NCBI GenBank assembly: GCA_041752975.1
Contig: JBGSVK010000088.1
Span: 1 to 45,036, forward strand
Length of the DNA: 45,036 bases
Direction of reading: 5' to 3'
DNA from: Minisyncoccia bacterium
GTDB taxonomy: Bacteria; Patescibacteriota; Minisyncoccia; Phycocordibacterales; UBA918
The notes beneath the pieces are model-generated. The model was not told the DNA's origin, searched no databases, and saw nothing but the letters and a program-made list of their open reading frames with translations. Numbering within the stretch: the first letter of the stretch is position 1; every line of letters starts with the position of its first letter. Positions 29,937 to 38,681 of this stretch are shown piece after piece. A program made the translations under genes and the position numbers.

Positions 29937-31301
29937 ATGAAGAAAGTCTCTGTCATTAGCGCCTATTTTTTGTTGCTGTTTTTGCCATTTTTTACCATAC
30001 AGGCAGAAACTGAGGCCGAGAGAAGAACTCGACTTGAAACAGAACTGCAGAATGTTGAAAGACAGATACTGACTCAAAGTCGCTTGGTTGAAGATAAACA
30101 GCTTGAGAGACAATCACTTGAGCGTGATGTGTCTATAATTGAAGGACAAATCAAGCAAGCGCAACTAGGTATACACGCACGCTCGGTAGCGATTATGCAG
30201 TTGACCGACCAAATCGGAGAGAAGGAAGTAGTCCTCTCAATTCTTGAAGAAAAGCTAAAGAGCCAGCGAGAGGCTCTGGCTGATTTGGTGAGAAAGTCTG
30301 CTTTGATTAATGACTACTCACTGGTAGAGGTTATGCTAAGTAAGCAAAGTTTCTCTGAATTTTTTACTGATGTCGCAACCTTTAATTCTCTTAAGGAGTC
30401 ATTAAATGAATCTTTGGCTACTCTTCATACGATTCAAAGAGATACTTTTAGTCAAAAAGATCAGCTAGAATCAAAGCAGGAAACTGAAGCGGAAATGAAG
30501 AGAATTCAAGAATTGGAAAAAAAAGAAATTGAACGAAAGGAAAGGGAAAAGGAAGAAATTTTAAAAGTCACCAAAGGCGAAGAAAAAGTTTATCAGCAAC
30601 TTTTGGAATCCCAACAAAGAACTGCTTCTCAGCTACGTAACGCACTCTTCCAACTTCTGGGTGGAGGTGGGGGAATACCATTCCCTCAAGCAGTTGAACT
30701 TGCTAAATATGCTTCTAGACAAACAGGGGTTGAGGCTGGTTTGATTTTGGCTATTTTGGAACAGGAGACAAATCTTGGTTCGAACCTCGGTAGTTGTATT
30801 TATAATGATATGCGTGGAGGGAAGGTGGTTATGCATCCGGATAGAGACGCTCCTATATTTGTTGCGGTAGCTGGAATTCTTGGATTTGAACCCAGGACCA
30901 AGCAAGTCTCTTGTCCGATTGTTTCTAATGGCGAAAGGTATGGATGGGGAGGGGCCATGGGTCCTTCGCAGTTTATTCCTTCGACTTGGGCGATTTATGG
31001 TGGGATTGTAAATAATGGAAGCGGTTGGGTCTATAGTGAAAGTGCTGATGCTATTAGAAGAATTAATGGAACAGGTTCTCCCGCCAATCCATTCAATAAC
31101 CAAGATGCTTTTATTGCTACAGCACTTCTCCTTCGAGATAATGGCGCCAATGGAACATATAGCGGAAATCGATTAGCGGCTCTAAGGTATTATGCTGGAT
31201 GGGGAGGAGCAAGTAATCCTGCTAACGCTTTTTACGGCGATCAAGTAATGAATCGAAAGGCTAGGTTAGACGGAGATATAAAGGTTATCAGTGGCTCTTA
31301 G
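29937..31301 (+). CDS. Secreted coiled-coil (EnvC/PcsB-like) protein fused to an MltB/SLT_2-like lytic transglycosylase domain
   Basis: The signal peptide is MKKVSVISAYFLLLFLPFFTIQA|ETEA. About 220 aa of heptad-rich E/K/Q/L sequence follow. The catalytic-type motif is LILAILEQETNLGS, with WGGAMGPSQFIPSTW downstream. The ORF track begins at 29901, but 29937 gives a canonical signal peptide. Confidence 0.8.
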   Translation: MKKVSVISAYFLLLFLPFFTIQAETEAERRTRLETELQNVERQILTQSRLVEDKQLERQSLERDVSIIEGQIKQAQLGIHARSVAIMQLTDQIGEKEVVLSILEEKLKSQREALADLVRKSALINDYSLVEVMLSKQSFSEFFTDVATFNSLKESLNESLATLHTIQRDTFSQKDQLESKQETEAEMKRIQELEKKEIERKEREKEEILKVTKGEEKVYQQLLESQQRTASQLRNALFQLLGGGGGIPFPQAVELAKYASRQTGVEAGLILAILEQETNLGSNLGSCIYNDMRGGKVVMHPDRDAPIFVAVAGILGFEPRTKQVSCPIVSNGERYGWGGAMGPSQFIPSTWAIYGGIVNNGSGWVYSESADAIRRINGTGSPANPFNNQDAFIATALLLRDNGANGTYSGNRLAALRYYAGWGGASNPANAFYGDQVMNRKARLDGDIKVISGS

Positions 31302-31350
31302 TCACGGTGGGTTGCTAAAATATGGATATTTGTTATAGTGTGGCGCACAT

Positions 31351-31620
31351 ATGAAAGCTGATATTCACCCAAAAAATTATAGACTGGTAATCTTCCAAGA
31401 TAACTCAAGTGGAGAGCGTTTTCTTGTCGGTTCAACAATTAATACTTCAACAACTGATAAGTGGACTGACGGAGTAGAGTACCCAATTGCTTATGTAGAC
31501 GTTTCAAGCGCTTCTCATCCATTTTATACTGGACAAGAGAAGGTTATGGACACTGCAGGACGGGTAGAGCGCTTCAAGGCTCGTGCTTCACAGGCTACTA
31601 CAAGAAAGAAGAAGGCTTAA
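31351..31620 (+). CDS. rpmE: Ribosomal protein L31, type B (no CxxC zinc motif)
   Basis: Contains [23 protein letters not shown] and GRVERFK. There are no cysteines. Confidence 0.9.
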   Translation: MKADIHPKNYRLVIFQDNSSGERFLVGSTINTSTTDKWTDGVEYPIAYVDVSSASHPFYTGQEKVMDTAGRVERFKARASQATTRKKKA

Positions 31621-31625
31621 CGAAA

Positions 31626-31666
31626 AAGACCGCCTTTACCTGCAAAAAGGTAAGGCGGTCTTTTCT
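31626..31666 (+). terminator. Intrinsic terminator after rpmE
   Basis: aagaccgcctt(t)acc / ggtaaggcggtctt forms a 14-bp stem with one bulge, followed by ttttctgtt. Confidence 0.75.
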
Positions 31667-31754
31667 GTTATTGGTGTACACTAGTAATGAGGTTTGTGTT
31701 TTGAATGAGATTTAGATTAATACTAAATATCTTTAAAATACAGATCTTATAAAT

Positions 31755-32738
31755 ATGGAATATAACGAAGAGGAATTACAGTCATTTAGAGAGAATCATA
31801 AAACGCAGTTCATTGCGAGTCAGTTTGATGATGTCTCCAAAAAACTGGTTTCAGCAAAACAGATGGCTATCGATGAGCCGGAAATGGCTGAATTAGTTCA
31901 GGAGGAAATAGCTACTCTTGAGGCGCAGAAGCAGGTTATCTATGAAGAAATGCAACGTATTACCTTGGCCGCCAAAGTAGAAGATGAGATTCCGTACGGA
32001 GTGGTTTTGGAAGTTCGGGCTGGAGCCGGTGGCGATGAGGCCGCTTTGTTTGCAGAGGAGTTGGCACAAATGTACTTACAGTATGCAACTCTTCAAGGTT
32101 GGTCGTATTCGACTGAAAATGAATCAAGAGGGACTTCTGGCGGTTATAAAGAAGCGGTTTTTGAAATCATCCATCCAAAAGTCTATGATGATTTACGCTT
32201 TGAGACTGGAGTTCATAGAGTGCAACGTATTCCGGTGACTGAAAAAGCTGGTCGCATCCATACCTCTACTGCCTCAGTAGCTATTTTGCCTTTACGTAAA
32301 AAGCCAACTATCGAGATTAATCCAAGTGATATAGAGATGGAATTTTCTCGTTCTGGTGGGGCAGGAGGTCAAAATGTGAACAAAGTAGAAACCGCTGTTC
32401 GTTTAATCCATAAACCAACTGGTATCGAAGTTCGTAGTCAGACCGAGCGCTCTCAGCTAAAAAACCGAGAAAAGGCCATGAATATCTTGGTAGCAAAGCT
32501 AGAAGCGGCTCACGCCGAAGAAGAGGCAAAAAAGCATGCCTCAGTTAGAAAAGACCAAATTGGAACCGGTGACCGCTCTGAAAAGATACGGACCTACAAT
32601 TTTCCGCAGAATCGAATTACCGACCATCGTATAAAGGTATCTTGGCACAATATAGAGGGAATAATGGGTGGTCAGCTAGAGCCGGTTATTGAAGCTATCA
32701 GGGAAGCTACTTCACTGGAGGCTGAGGTAGTTGCGTAG
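31755..32738 (+). CDS. prfA: Peptide chain release factor 1
   Basis: Contains the GGQ motif ([17 protein letters not shown]) and an RF1-type PxT tripeptide in [14 protein letters not shown]. At 327 aa it is somewhat short. Confidence 0.9.
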   Translation: MEYNEEELQSFRENHKTQFIASQFDDVSKKLVSAKQMAIDEPEMAELVQEEIATLEAQKQVIYEEMQRITLAAKVEDEIPYGVVLEVRAGAGGDEAALFAEELAQMYLQYATLQGWSYSTENESRGTSGGYKEAVFEIIHPKVYDDLRFETGVHRVQRIPVTEKAGRIHTSTASVAILPLRKKPTIEINPSDIEMEFSRSGGAGGQNVNKVETAVRLIHKPTGIEVRSQTERSQLKNREKAMNILVAKLEAAHAEEEAKKHASVRKDQIGTGDRSEKIRTYNFPQNRITDHRIKVSWHNIEGIMGGQLEPVIEAIREATSLEAEVVA

Positions 32739-32802
32739 GTTTTTTATATATGATAAGCTCTCGAAGCTTAAGCGCAGTGCGCTTTTTTGCTTAGTATTAA
32801 TT

Positions 32803-33564
32803 ATGTCAACACAAACTAACAACCAATCACTCATCGAGCGCCTTTTTGGCGCAGGTGCACACTTCGGCTTCAAAAAAAGTCGACGTCATCCAAGCGTTAC
32901 ACCTTTTTTGTTTGGAACAAAAGAAGGTAACGATATTTTCAATTTAGAACAAACTAACGAACTTATTAATAACGCCAAGGCCGTATTGAAGGAGGCAGCT
33001 ATGAACGGAAAGACTGTCCTTTTTGTGGGAACAAAAAGTGAAGTTATCGATAATGTAAAATCAGCTGCTCTTAAAGTAGAAATGCCTTACGTTGTAAATC
33101 GATGGATTGGCGGAATGCTTACTAATCTTCCAGAAATTAAGAAGCGTATTATGCGTATGGAGGAGCTAGTTAGAGAGTCAGAGTCAGGTGAACTTGAAAG
33201 AAAGTATACAAAAAAAGAAAGACTACTTTTGTCTCGAGACTTGGCCAAGCTAAATCATAATTTCTTCGGTATAAGTAAAGTTACAAAAACTCCAGATTTC
33301 ATGGTGGTTGTTGACCCACGACATGATTCAATTGCTGTAAAAGAGGCTATTCACATGAACGTACCTATTATTGGTATTATGAGTTCAGATTGCAATGTTG
33401 CCCAAGTAACTTACCCAGTTTTAGTAAATGACGCTCTACAAGGAAGTGTTAAACTAGTACTTGGCGAACTGACAGCGGCAATCGCTGAAGGAAAAGCTGC
33501 TTTTGTTCCAAAGCCAGTAGCCCCAAGAACAGAAGTTCGTCCTCGACCATCTACTCCAAGATAA
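32803..33564 (+). CDS. rpsB: Ribosomal protein S2
   Basis: Contains LFGAGAHFGFKKSRRHP, VLFVGTK and VNRWIGGMLTN. The ORF track starts at 32731, overlapping prfA. ATG 32803 (MSTQTNN...) gives the conserved S2 N-terminus and lies just after a small hairpin plus T-run (32770-32790). Confidence 0.9.
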   Translation: MSTQTNNQSLIERLFGAGAHFGFKKSRRHPSVTPFLFGTKEGNDIFNLEQTNELINNAKAVLKEAAMNGKTVLFVGTKSEVIDNVKSAALKVEMPYVVNRWIGGMLTNLPEIKKRIMRMEELVRESESGELERKYTKKERLLLSRDLAKLNHNFFGISKVTKTPDFMVVVDPRHDSIAVKEAIHMNVPIIGIMSSDCNVAQVTYPVLVNDALQGSVKLVLGELTAAIAEGKAAFVPKPVAPRTEVRPRPSTPR

Positions 33565-33636
33565 TTAAAAATAAAATCCACTTGGATTTTAAACAAAGGT
33601 TTTGTTCTCTAAATAATATAAGTAATATCATTAACT

Positions 33637-34221
33637 ATGGAAATCACTTCAACTCAACTAAAAGAACTTCGTGATAAGACTGGTATCTCTGTGATGCAAT
33701 GTAAAAAAGCTCTCGAAGAAGCCGAGGGTGATATGGATAAAGCGGTTATTATTTTGAAAAAGAAGCGTAGCGAAGCTGCTGATAAAAAATCTGATCGAGA
33801 ACTAGGTGCTGGTGCTATTGGTGCCTATGTTCACAATACAAATGAAGTAGCTGCTTTTGTGTTGTTGGCTTGTGAGACAGACTTTGTTTCAAAGAACCTA
33901 GAATTCGTTGCTCTAGCAAAAGAAATTGCTATGCAAGTAGCAGCTACTAACCCTACCTATGTTTCTAAAGATCAGGTACCAGCTGAAGTTCTTAAAAAAG
34001 CTGAAGAGGTATTTGCTACTGAGGTGGTAGGTAAGCCAGCAGAAATGCAGGCAAAAATTCTTGAAGGTAAGATGTCGTCATACTTCAAGGAGCAAATTCT
34101 ACTTGAGCAGCCATTTATCAAGAATCCTGATACTACCATTGGAGAAATGGTTTCAGGAGCTGTGCAAAAATTTGGAGAGAACGTTTCAGTTGCTCAAATC
34201 TCACGACTGTCAGTAAAGTAG
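33637..34221 (+). CDS. tsf: Elongation factor Ts (short form, 194 aa)
   Basis: Contains the UBA-like N-terminus LKELRDKTGISVMQCKKALEEAEGDMDKA, plus ETDFVSKN and QPFIKNPD. Confidence 0.9.
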   Translation: MEITSTQLKELRDKTGISVMQCKKALEEAEGDMDKAVIILKKKRSEAADKKSDRELGAGAIGAYVHNTNEVAAFVLLACETDFVSKNLEFVALAKEIAMQVAATNPTYVSKDQVPAEVLKKAEEVFATEVVGKPAEMQAKILEGKMSSYFKEQILLEQPFIKNPDTTIGEMVSGAVQKFGENVSVAQISRLSVK

Positions 34222-34228
34222 TTTTATT

Positions 34229-34669
34229 ATGCTCAGTATTGGACAATTGTTTCTGCTGAGTCTAGGTTTATTTTCTTTCTTTACTTTCATTATTTCTCGA
34301 GAAGAAAGAAGAGGTAAGCGATATTTTTTCAGCGGAATTAGAAGTTCTCTGGATTTTGTTATAGAAAAGATTACTGACTATTTGGTTGCAAAAGCAATCT
34401 ATTTAGGTAGGCATATAATAAAACTCTCTTGGTATTATGGAATTCATAAGGCCTTGCGCCTAGTTTTGACTGGGCTAGTAAAATTTTATGACATGCTGGA
34501 AGAGGTATTTATCCGTAATCGAGACAGGGCTAGGACTCTAAAGATTGAAAAGCGTTCTTATAAACAAAACCACGGTCATCTAGGCCAAGTAGCAGAACAT
34601 AAAGCCTCAACGGCATTGACGGAAGCTCAAAAGAAGAAGTTGCTTCAAAAGAAGCTAGAAAGCGGATAA
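34229..34669 (+). CDS. Hypothetical membrane protein (146 aa)
   Basis: It has an N-terminal TM segment (LFLLSLGLFSFFTFII) and a basic C-terminal tail. It starts 7 nt after tsf. No recognisable family. Confidence 0.6.
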   Translation: MLSIGQLFLLSLGLFSFFTFIISREERRGKRYFFSGIRSSLDFVIEKITDYLVAKAIYLGRHIIKLSWYYGIHKALRLVLTGLVKFYDMLEEVFIRNRDRARTLKIEKRSYKQNHGHLGQVAEHKASTALTEAQKKKLLQKKLESG

Positions 34670-34728
34670 AAAGGTTGCGATTTTTTTCAAAAAGGGCATA
34701 ATAGCAGGCGCAGAAGCAGGGAAGTATT

Positions 34729-34808
34729 GCCATCTTAGCTCAGTTGGAGAGTTAAAATAATCTGGGAGATTATTTTAAAGTTTTGTAACAAAACCACTCT
34801 GACTAGAT
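34729..34808 (+). pseudogene. Decayed tandem copy of tRNA-Thr (5' part intact, hairpin insertion, no T arm or 3' acceptor strand)
   Basis: A 30-bp exact direct repeat (34718-34747 = 34828-34857) covers 11 nt of 5' flank plus tRNA positions 1-19. Downstream remnants are gttttgtaa (anticodon loop) and tctgac-agat. A 27-nt perfect hairpin at 34752-34778 is inserted after the D arm. Confidence 0.6.
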
Positions 34809-34838
34809 AAATTTGGTAGAGTGCATGAGGGAAGTATT

Positions 34839-34911
34839 GCCATCTTAGCTCAGTTGGTAGAGCAACGGTTTTGTAAACCGTGGGTCGTCAGTTCAAATCT
34901 GACAGATGGCT
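34839..34911 (+). tRNA. tRNA-Thr (anticodon UGU), 73 nt, CCA not fully encoded
   Basis: Manual cloverleaf: acceptor gccatct/agatggc, D arm gctc-agttggta-gagc, anticodon arm acggt-ttTGTaa-accgt, variable gggtc, T arm gtcag-ttcaaat-ctgac, discriminator t. Confidence 0.93.
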
Positions 34912-34949
34912 CCGATACGAGGGTCGCGATTACGAGTGAAGCGAGTAGG

Positions 34950-35007
34950 AAACCACAAAAAATACCTAAAAGAAAGTTAACTTTCTTTTAGGTATTTTTT
35001 GTGGTTT
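34950..35007. repeat. 58-nt perfect palindrome (29+29 nt, centre gttaac)
   Basis: aaaccacaaaaaatacctaaaagaaagtt followed by its exact reverse complement. It lies 39 nt after the tRNA and could act as a very strong bidirectional terminator. Confidence 0.9.
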
Positions 35008-35046
35008 CAGTCTGGCCTTAGCCAGACGTTATCATGACCGAGTGAG

Positions 35047-35078
35047 GCCATACTGTATCCGCAGATACAGATGGCTCC
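35047..35078 (+). other. tRNA-Thr-derived acceptor/T-arm-like minihelix
   Basis: gccat(a)ctgtatc-cgca-gatacagatggc-tcc forms a 12-bp stem with one A bulge. Its outer 7 bp, discriminator t and following cc are identical to the acceptor end of tRNA-Thr (12-nt exact match, 34902-34913 = 35067-35078). Confidence 0.5.
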
Positions 35079-35243
35079 CGTTTGTTATTTAAATTGATGA
35101 CTCCTTTAAAGCTATCACTCCGCTTTGTCTTAGGTAGATACGATTATGGACTGAGGTAGTAAAACAGGTAGTATTTAAAGCATAAAATACTCACAGGTCT
35201 TTATTTATAGGCATTTTAGGTATATACTCACATAATTTAAGTT

Positions 35244-36809
35244 ATGAGTAATCCCGACCAATCACACCTTTTGCCGTATGCCAGAAGATCAGATTTTCAT
35301 GTTGGGAGGGCAACTGAATTGTCAGGCAAAAAGCGATTTTTTTATCGTTGCCTTGAAATATTTCCTGGCTTAGCTTCGTGGTCCACTTTAATTGGAGTGG
35401 TCCTGTTGTCTGTCTACGCACCTTTTATTGCTGCTTATTTTGTAATTGCTTTTGCGTTGTATTGGGTCCTGAAGACGGCGTTTCTTTCTTACCATCTACG
35501 CTATAACTGGAAGAGACTGCGGCACCATATGTCGCTTGACTGGCAGTCAATGATTGCGCGTTTTGATTATCAAAAATTACATCATGTAGTAATTCTACCT
35601 TTCTATAAAGAACCAACATCAGTAATTGAGGCAAGTCTTGAGGCACTTTCAAAAGTAAATTACGATAAGAAAAAAATTATTATTGTCTTGGCAGGAGAAG
35701 GAAGGGCAGAAGAACATGCTAGAGAAATTGGTGAGATGATGAAAAATAAATATGGAAATATTTTTGGTTATTTCTTAAATACTATTCATCCCAAAGACTT
35801 ACCTGGAGAAATGGCAGGGAAAGGTTCAAATGCCTCATATGCAGCCGAACAAGTTCGAACTCAGATACTTGATGCCAATAATATTTCTTATACTGAAACA
35901 ATAGTATCTATTTTTGATATTGATACAGTTTTGTACCCAGACTATTTTAATTGTCTAGTATGGCATTTTCTGACAGCAGAAAATCCACTCAAAAGTTCAT
36001 TCCAACCAGTTCCAATCTTTAATAACAATATATGGGAGGCACCAGCGATTTCTCGAGTGGTTGCTATGAGTAGTACTTTTTGGGAAATGGTCCAGCAAGA
36101 GAGACCTGAACGAATGGCCACCTTTTCCTCTCATTCAGTAAGTTTCCAAGCTTTGTACGAAGTCGGTTATTGGCAGAGTAATATGGTTAGTGAAGATTCC
36201 CGAATCTTTTGGAATTTATTGATGGCAAATAATGGTGTATATAGTGTTATACCTCTATCATACCCAGTATCAATGGATGCAAACGCTGCTCCACATTTGT
36301 GGCAAACAATAGTTCAAATTTACAAACAACACAGAAGATGGACTTACGGTGTTGAAAATCTTTGCTATATTCTTTATCACTTCTCCCAGAACAAAAATAT
36401 TCCTCTTAGACAAAGAATAACAGTCGCTCTACAGCAGGCCGAGGGTTATTGGTCTCTGGTAACAAATCCAATTATGTTGTTTATTTTGGGTTGGGCTCCG
36501 ATTTTTTTGGGTGGACAAGAATTCCATCAAACCGTACTTTCATACAACCTACCGATTGTAGTACGAGATTTACTTATTTTGGCTATGTTTGGTTTAGTAA
36601 TTTCTTCAGTAATATCTTTGACACTAATCCCTCCTAGACCACAAAATGCCAGTCGTTTTAGATATTTGGTCATGGCCCTACAGTGGATTATGGTACCGGC
36701 TACGATGATTATATTTAGTGCTATTCCAGGTATTGATGCTCAAACAAGATTAATGTTTGGTAAGTACATGGGTTTTTGGGTTACTCCCAAGACGCGTGTT
36801 GTGCAATAA
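35244..36809 (+). CDS. Integral-membrane family-2 glycosyltransferase with processive-synthase motifs (cellulose/chitin-synthase-like)
   Basis: The GT-A core is VILPFYKEP...IIIVLAGEG. It has a DxD-type IFDIDTV, an ED motif VSEDSRIFW and a Q(Q/R)xRW-type QHRRWTYG. Two N-terminal and several C-terminal hydrophobic helices are present. Confidence 0.85.
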   Translation: MSNPDQSHLLPYARRSDFHVGRATELSGKKRFFYRCLEIFPGLASWSTLIGVVLLSVYAPFIAAYFVIAFALYWVLKTAFLSYHLRYNWKRLRHHMSLDWQSMIARFDYQKLHHVVILPFYKEPTSVIEASLEALSKVNYDKKKIIIVLAGEGRAEEHAREIGEMMKNKYGNIFGYFLNTIHPKDLPGEMAGKGSNASYAAEQVRTQILDANNISYTETIVSIFDIDTVLYPDYFNCLVWHFLTAENPLKSSFQPVPIFNNNIWEAPAISRVVAMSSTFWEMVQQERPERMATFSSHSVSFQALYEVGYWQSNMVSEDSRIFWNLLMANNGVYSVIPLSYPVSMDANAAPHLWQTIVQIYKQHRRWTYGVENLCYILYHFSQNKNIPLRQRITVALQQAEGYWSLVTNPIMLFILGWAPIFLGGQEFHQTVLSYNLPIVVRDLLILAMFGLVISSVISLTLIPPRPQNASRFRYLVMALQWIMVPATMIIFSAIPGIDAQTRLMFGKYMGFWVTPKTRVVQ

Positions 36810-36818
36810 TATACTTTT

Positions 36819-37952
36819 ATGAAACCGATTGTTGAACCATTGGCCTATTGGCGACGTAAATTAATTTTCATACTCTTGCTCGGAGCTTTTTTGTTAAGTC
36901 TCCCAGTCTTTATATTTTACGCTACAGGGTATCGATACGATTTTTTCTCAGGTAAACCAACCTTTACTGCAACTGGTGGTTTGTATATTGCTGCCGAAGC
37001 TCTAGAGAGTACAATTTTCTTGGACGAAATTGAAGTTACCAATGCTCGTGTATTTAGAAACGCTTCTTATATTCAGGGTCTGCAACCTGGTCTGCATCGT
37101 GTCCACGTCCAAACCCCAGGTCGACATACTTGGGTCAAGAATCTATCAGTCTACCCACATATAGTGACTGAAGCAGAAGCTTTCAACTTACCTCTGGTGC
37201 CACAGATTAGGCCAGTGACTGAGTTCCAAACTATTCGGGGAGAAGCCGTTTTTATTGTTGCAACTACCAGTCAACCGGTTTTTGATTTTGCCTCTAGTTC
37301 TATTCCTTTGTTCATTACTGCGTCGACCGCTACTAGTAGCTATCGAATTAATCCTGAGTATACTTTAATAAAAGATTTGTTTGCTTCTGAAGCTTCAACA
37401 ACGGCGATGCTAAACAAAATTGAAGAAACTTTTGGTTTTGCTACTTCGGCCTTAGACGCAAATGTAAATACTGCTACTACAACAATAGTACGTGATGACC
37501 TAAGGTTGTATAAGAGCGGGGAAGATGTCTATGTAGAAGCTCTAGGTACCGGAAGACAGATACCGCACTATTTTTGTAGTAATCAAGTAAGCACAACTAC
37601 AGAGGATTTGGATTTATCTGCCTCACTACAAGACGCCATTGAAGAAGAATTAATTTTCCAAGAAAACATAATAGAAGTATCTAATAATGACCGAGAATGT
37701 CGAACCATAATCAGAATTGATAGAAGATGGCAAACTGTCCAAGACTTTGACTTTATGCCTGACAATGAGGATCTCATTTTAATGACATTAGAAGATGGCT
37801 TGTATGTAATTGAAATTGACGACCGTTCTTGGCAGAATGGACAAGTCCTTTATGCGGGAAAAAATTTAAAAAGCTTGGTTCATGGCGGTGGAATCTTTGT
37901 AAAAGATGGGAAGCAAATAATTGAAGTATTGACTGATATTATTGTTCCATAG
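36819..37952 (+). CDS. Membrane-anchored hypothetical protein with a PEGA-like beta-sandwich segment
   Basis: The N-terminal TM segment is LIFILLLGAFLLSLPVFIFYA. The segment LESTIFLDEIEVTNA...IQGLQPGLHRVHVQTPGRHTWVKNLSV resembles the PEGA pattern. The gene starts 9 nt after the GT2 gene. Confidence 0.6.
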   Translation: MKPIVEPLAYWRRKLIFILLLGAFLLSLPVFIFYATGYRYDFFSGKPTFTATGGLYIAAEALESTIFLDEIEVTNARVFRNASYIQGLQPGLHRVHVQTPGRHTWVKNLSVYPHIVTEAEAFNLPLVPQIRPVTEFQTIRGEAVFIVATTSQPVFDFASSSIPLFITASTATSSYRINPEYTLIKDLFASEASTTAMLNKIEETFGFATSALDANVNTATTTIVRDDLRLYKSGEDVYVEALGTGRQIPHYFCSNQVSTTTEDLDLSASLQDAIEEELIFQENIIEVSNNDRECRTIIRIDRRWQTVQDFDFMPDNEDLILMTLEDGLYVIEIDDRSWQNGQVLYAGKNLKSLVHGGGIFVKDGKQIIEVLTDIIVP

Positions 37953-37964
37953 GAAATATAAATT

Positions 37965-38681
37965 ATGAAAAAACAAATTGGTCATCATCATCCTTTGTCT
38001 CAAGTAATTGCCGAGGTTAACAGTATATTTGCCGAAATCGGTTTTACTTTTGCTGAAGGTCCAGAAAGAGAATTGGTCGCCTATAATTTTGATGCACTAA
38101 ATGTGCCAAAAGATCATCCGTCTCGAGATATGCAGGATACTTTTTATATCGCCGGCAAGTCAGATGTGGTAATGCGTACACATACTTCTCCGGTACAGGT
38201 TAGGTATATGCAATCACACCAAGCGTCAATAAGAATGATTTGCCCTGGTAAGGTTTTTCGTAACGAAGCGACTGATGCTACTCACGAAGCGCAATTTTTT
38301 CAATTGGAAGGTCTAATGATAGACGAGAATATTTCTTTAGGTCACATGAAGGGTCTACTTGAATATTTCTTTACCAACTTCTTTGGCGGTGAAGTAGAGG
38401 TTCGTTTTCGGCCAAGTTTTTTCCCATTTGTTGAACCAGGGGTTGAAGTTGATATGCGCATAGCTCCCGACCCACAAAATAAGCTCTCAGGCAAATGGAT
38501 AGAAATTATGGGAGCTGGAATGGTTCACCCAAATGTACTGCGAGCAGGAGGTATAAATCCAGATAAATACCAAGGATTTGCTTTTGGTATGGGTATGGAT
38601 AGATTGGCGGTTTTGAAATACGGAATTGACGATATTCGTCTTATGTATAATGGCGATTTGCGCTTTGTTAATCAATTCTAG
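37965..38681 (+). CDS. pheS: Phenylalanine--tRNA ligase alpha subunit, catalytic core only (238 aa)
   Basis: Contains HPLSQVI, FDALNVPKDHPSRDMQDTFY, RTHTSPVQ, FRNEATDATHEAQFFQLEG and GFAFGMGMDRLAVLKYGIDDIR. The N-terminal helical arm of about 90-100 aa is missing. Confidence 0.92.
   Translation: MKKQIGHHHPLSQVIAEVNSIFAEIGFTFAEGPERELVAYNFDALNVPKDHPSRDMQDTFYIAGKSDVVMRTHTSPVQVRYMQSHQASIRMICPGKVFRNEATDATHEAQFFQLEGLMIDENISLGHMKGLLEYFFTNFFGGEVEVRFRPSFFPFVEPGVEVDMRIAPDPQNKLSGKWIEIMGAGMVHPNVLRAGGINPDKYQGFAFGMGMDRLAVLKYGIDDIRLMYNGDLRFVNQF

Noticed and set aside
29509-31103. Minus-strand ORFs 29509-29778, 29775-30113 and 30633-31103, and the +strand ORF 29597-29821.
   Set aside because: They are antisense to, or overlap, well-supported genes (rplY and the coiled-coil transglycosylase) or the structured intergenic region. 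They have no motifs.
31701-31730. A possible promoter for prfA (ttgaat, 17 nt, taaata).
   Set aside because: The -10 element matches the consensus at only about half its positions, and such matches are expected by chance in AT-rich spacers.
34729-34808. A second functional tRNA upstream of tRNA-Thr. A 5-bp stem with the 7-nt loop ctGGGag would look like a Pro(GGG) anticodon arm.
   Set aside because: That loop is the tip of a 12-bp perfect hairpin, not a 5-bp anticodon stem. There is no canonical T arm (no TTC loop) and no 3' acceptor strand complementary to gccatct. It is better explained as a decayed duplicate.
34718-35240. An integrated mobile element or genomic island using tRNA-Thr as an att site.
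   Set aside because: The direct repeats are only 110 nt and about 165 nt apart. There is no integrase, excisionase or cargo between them, and the flanking genes are housekeeping.
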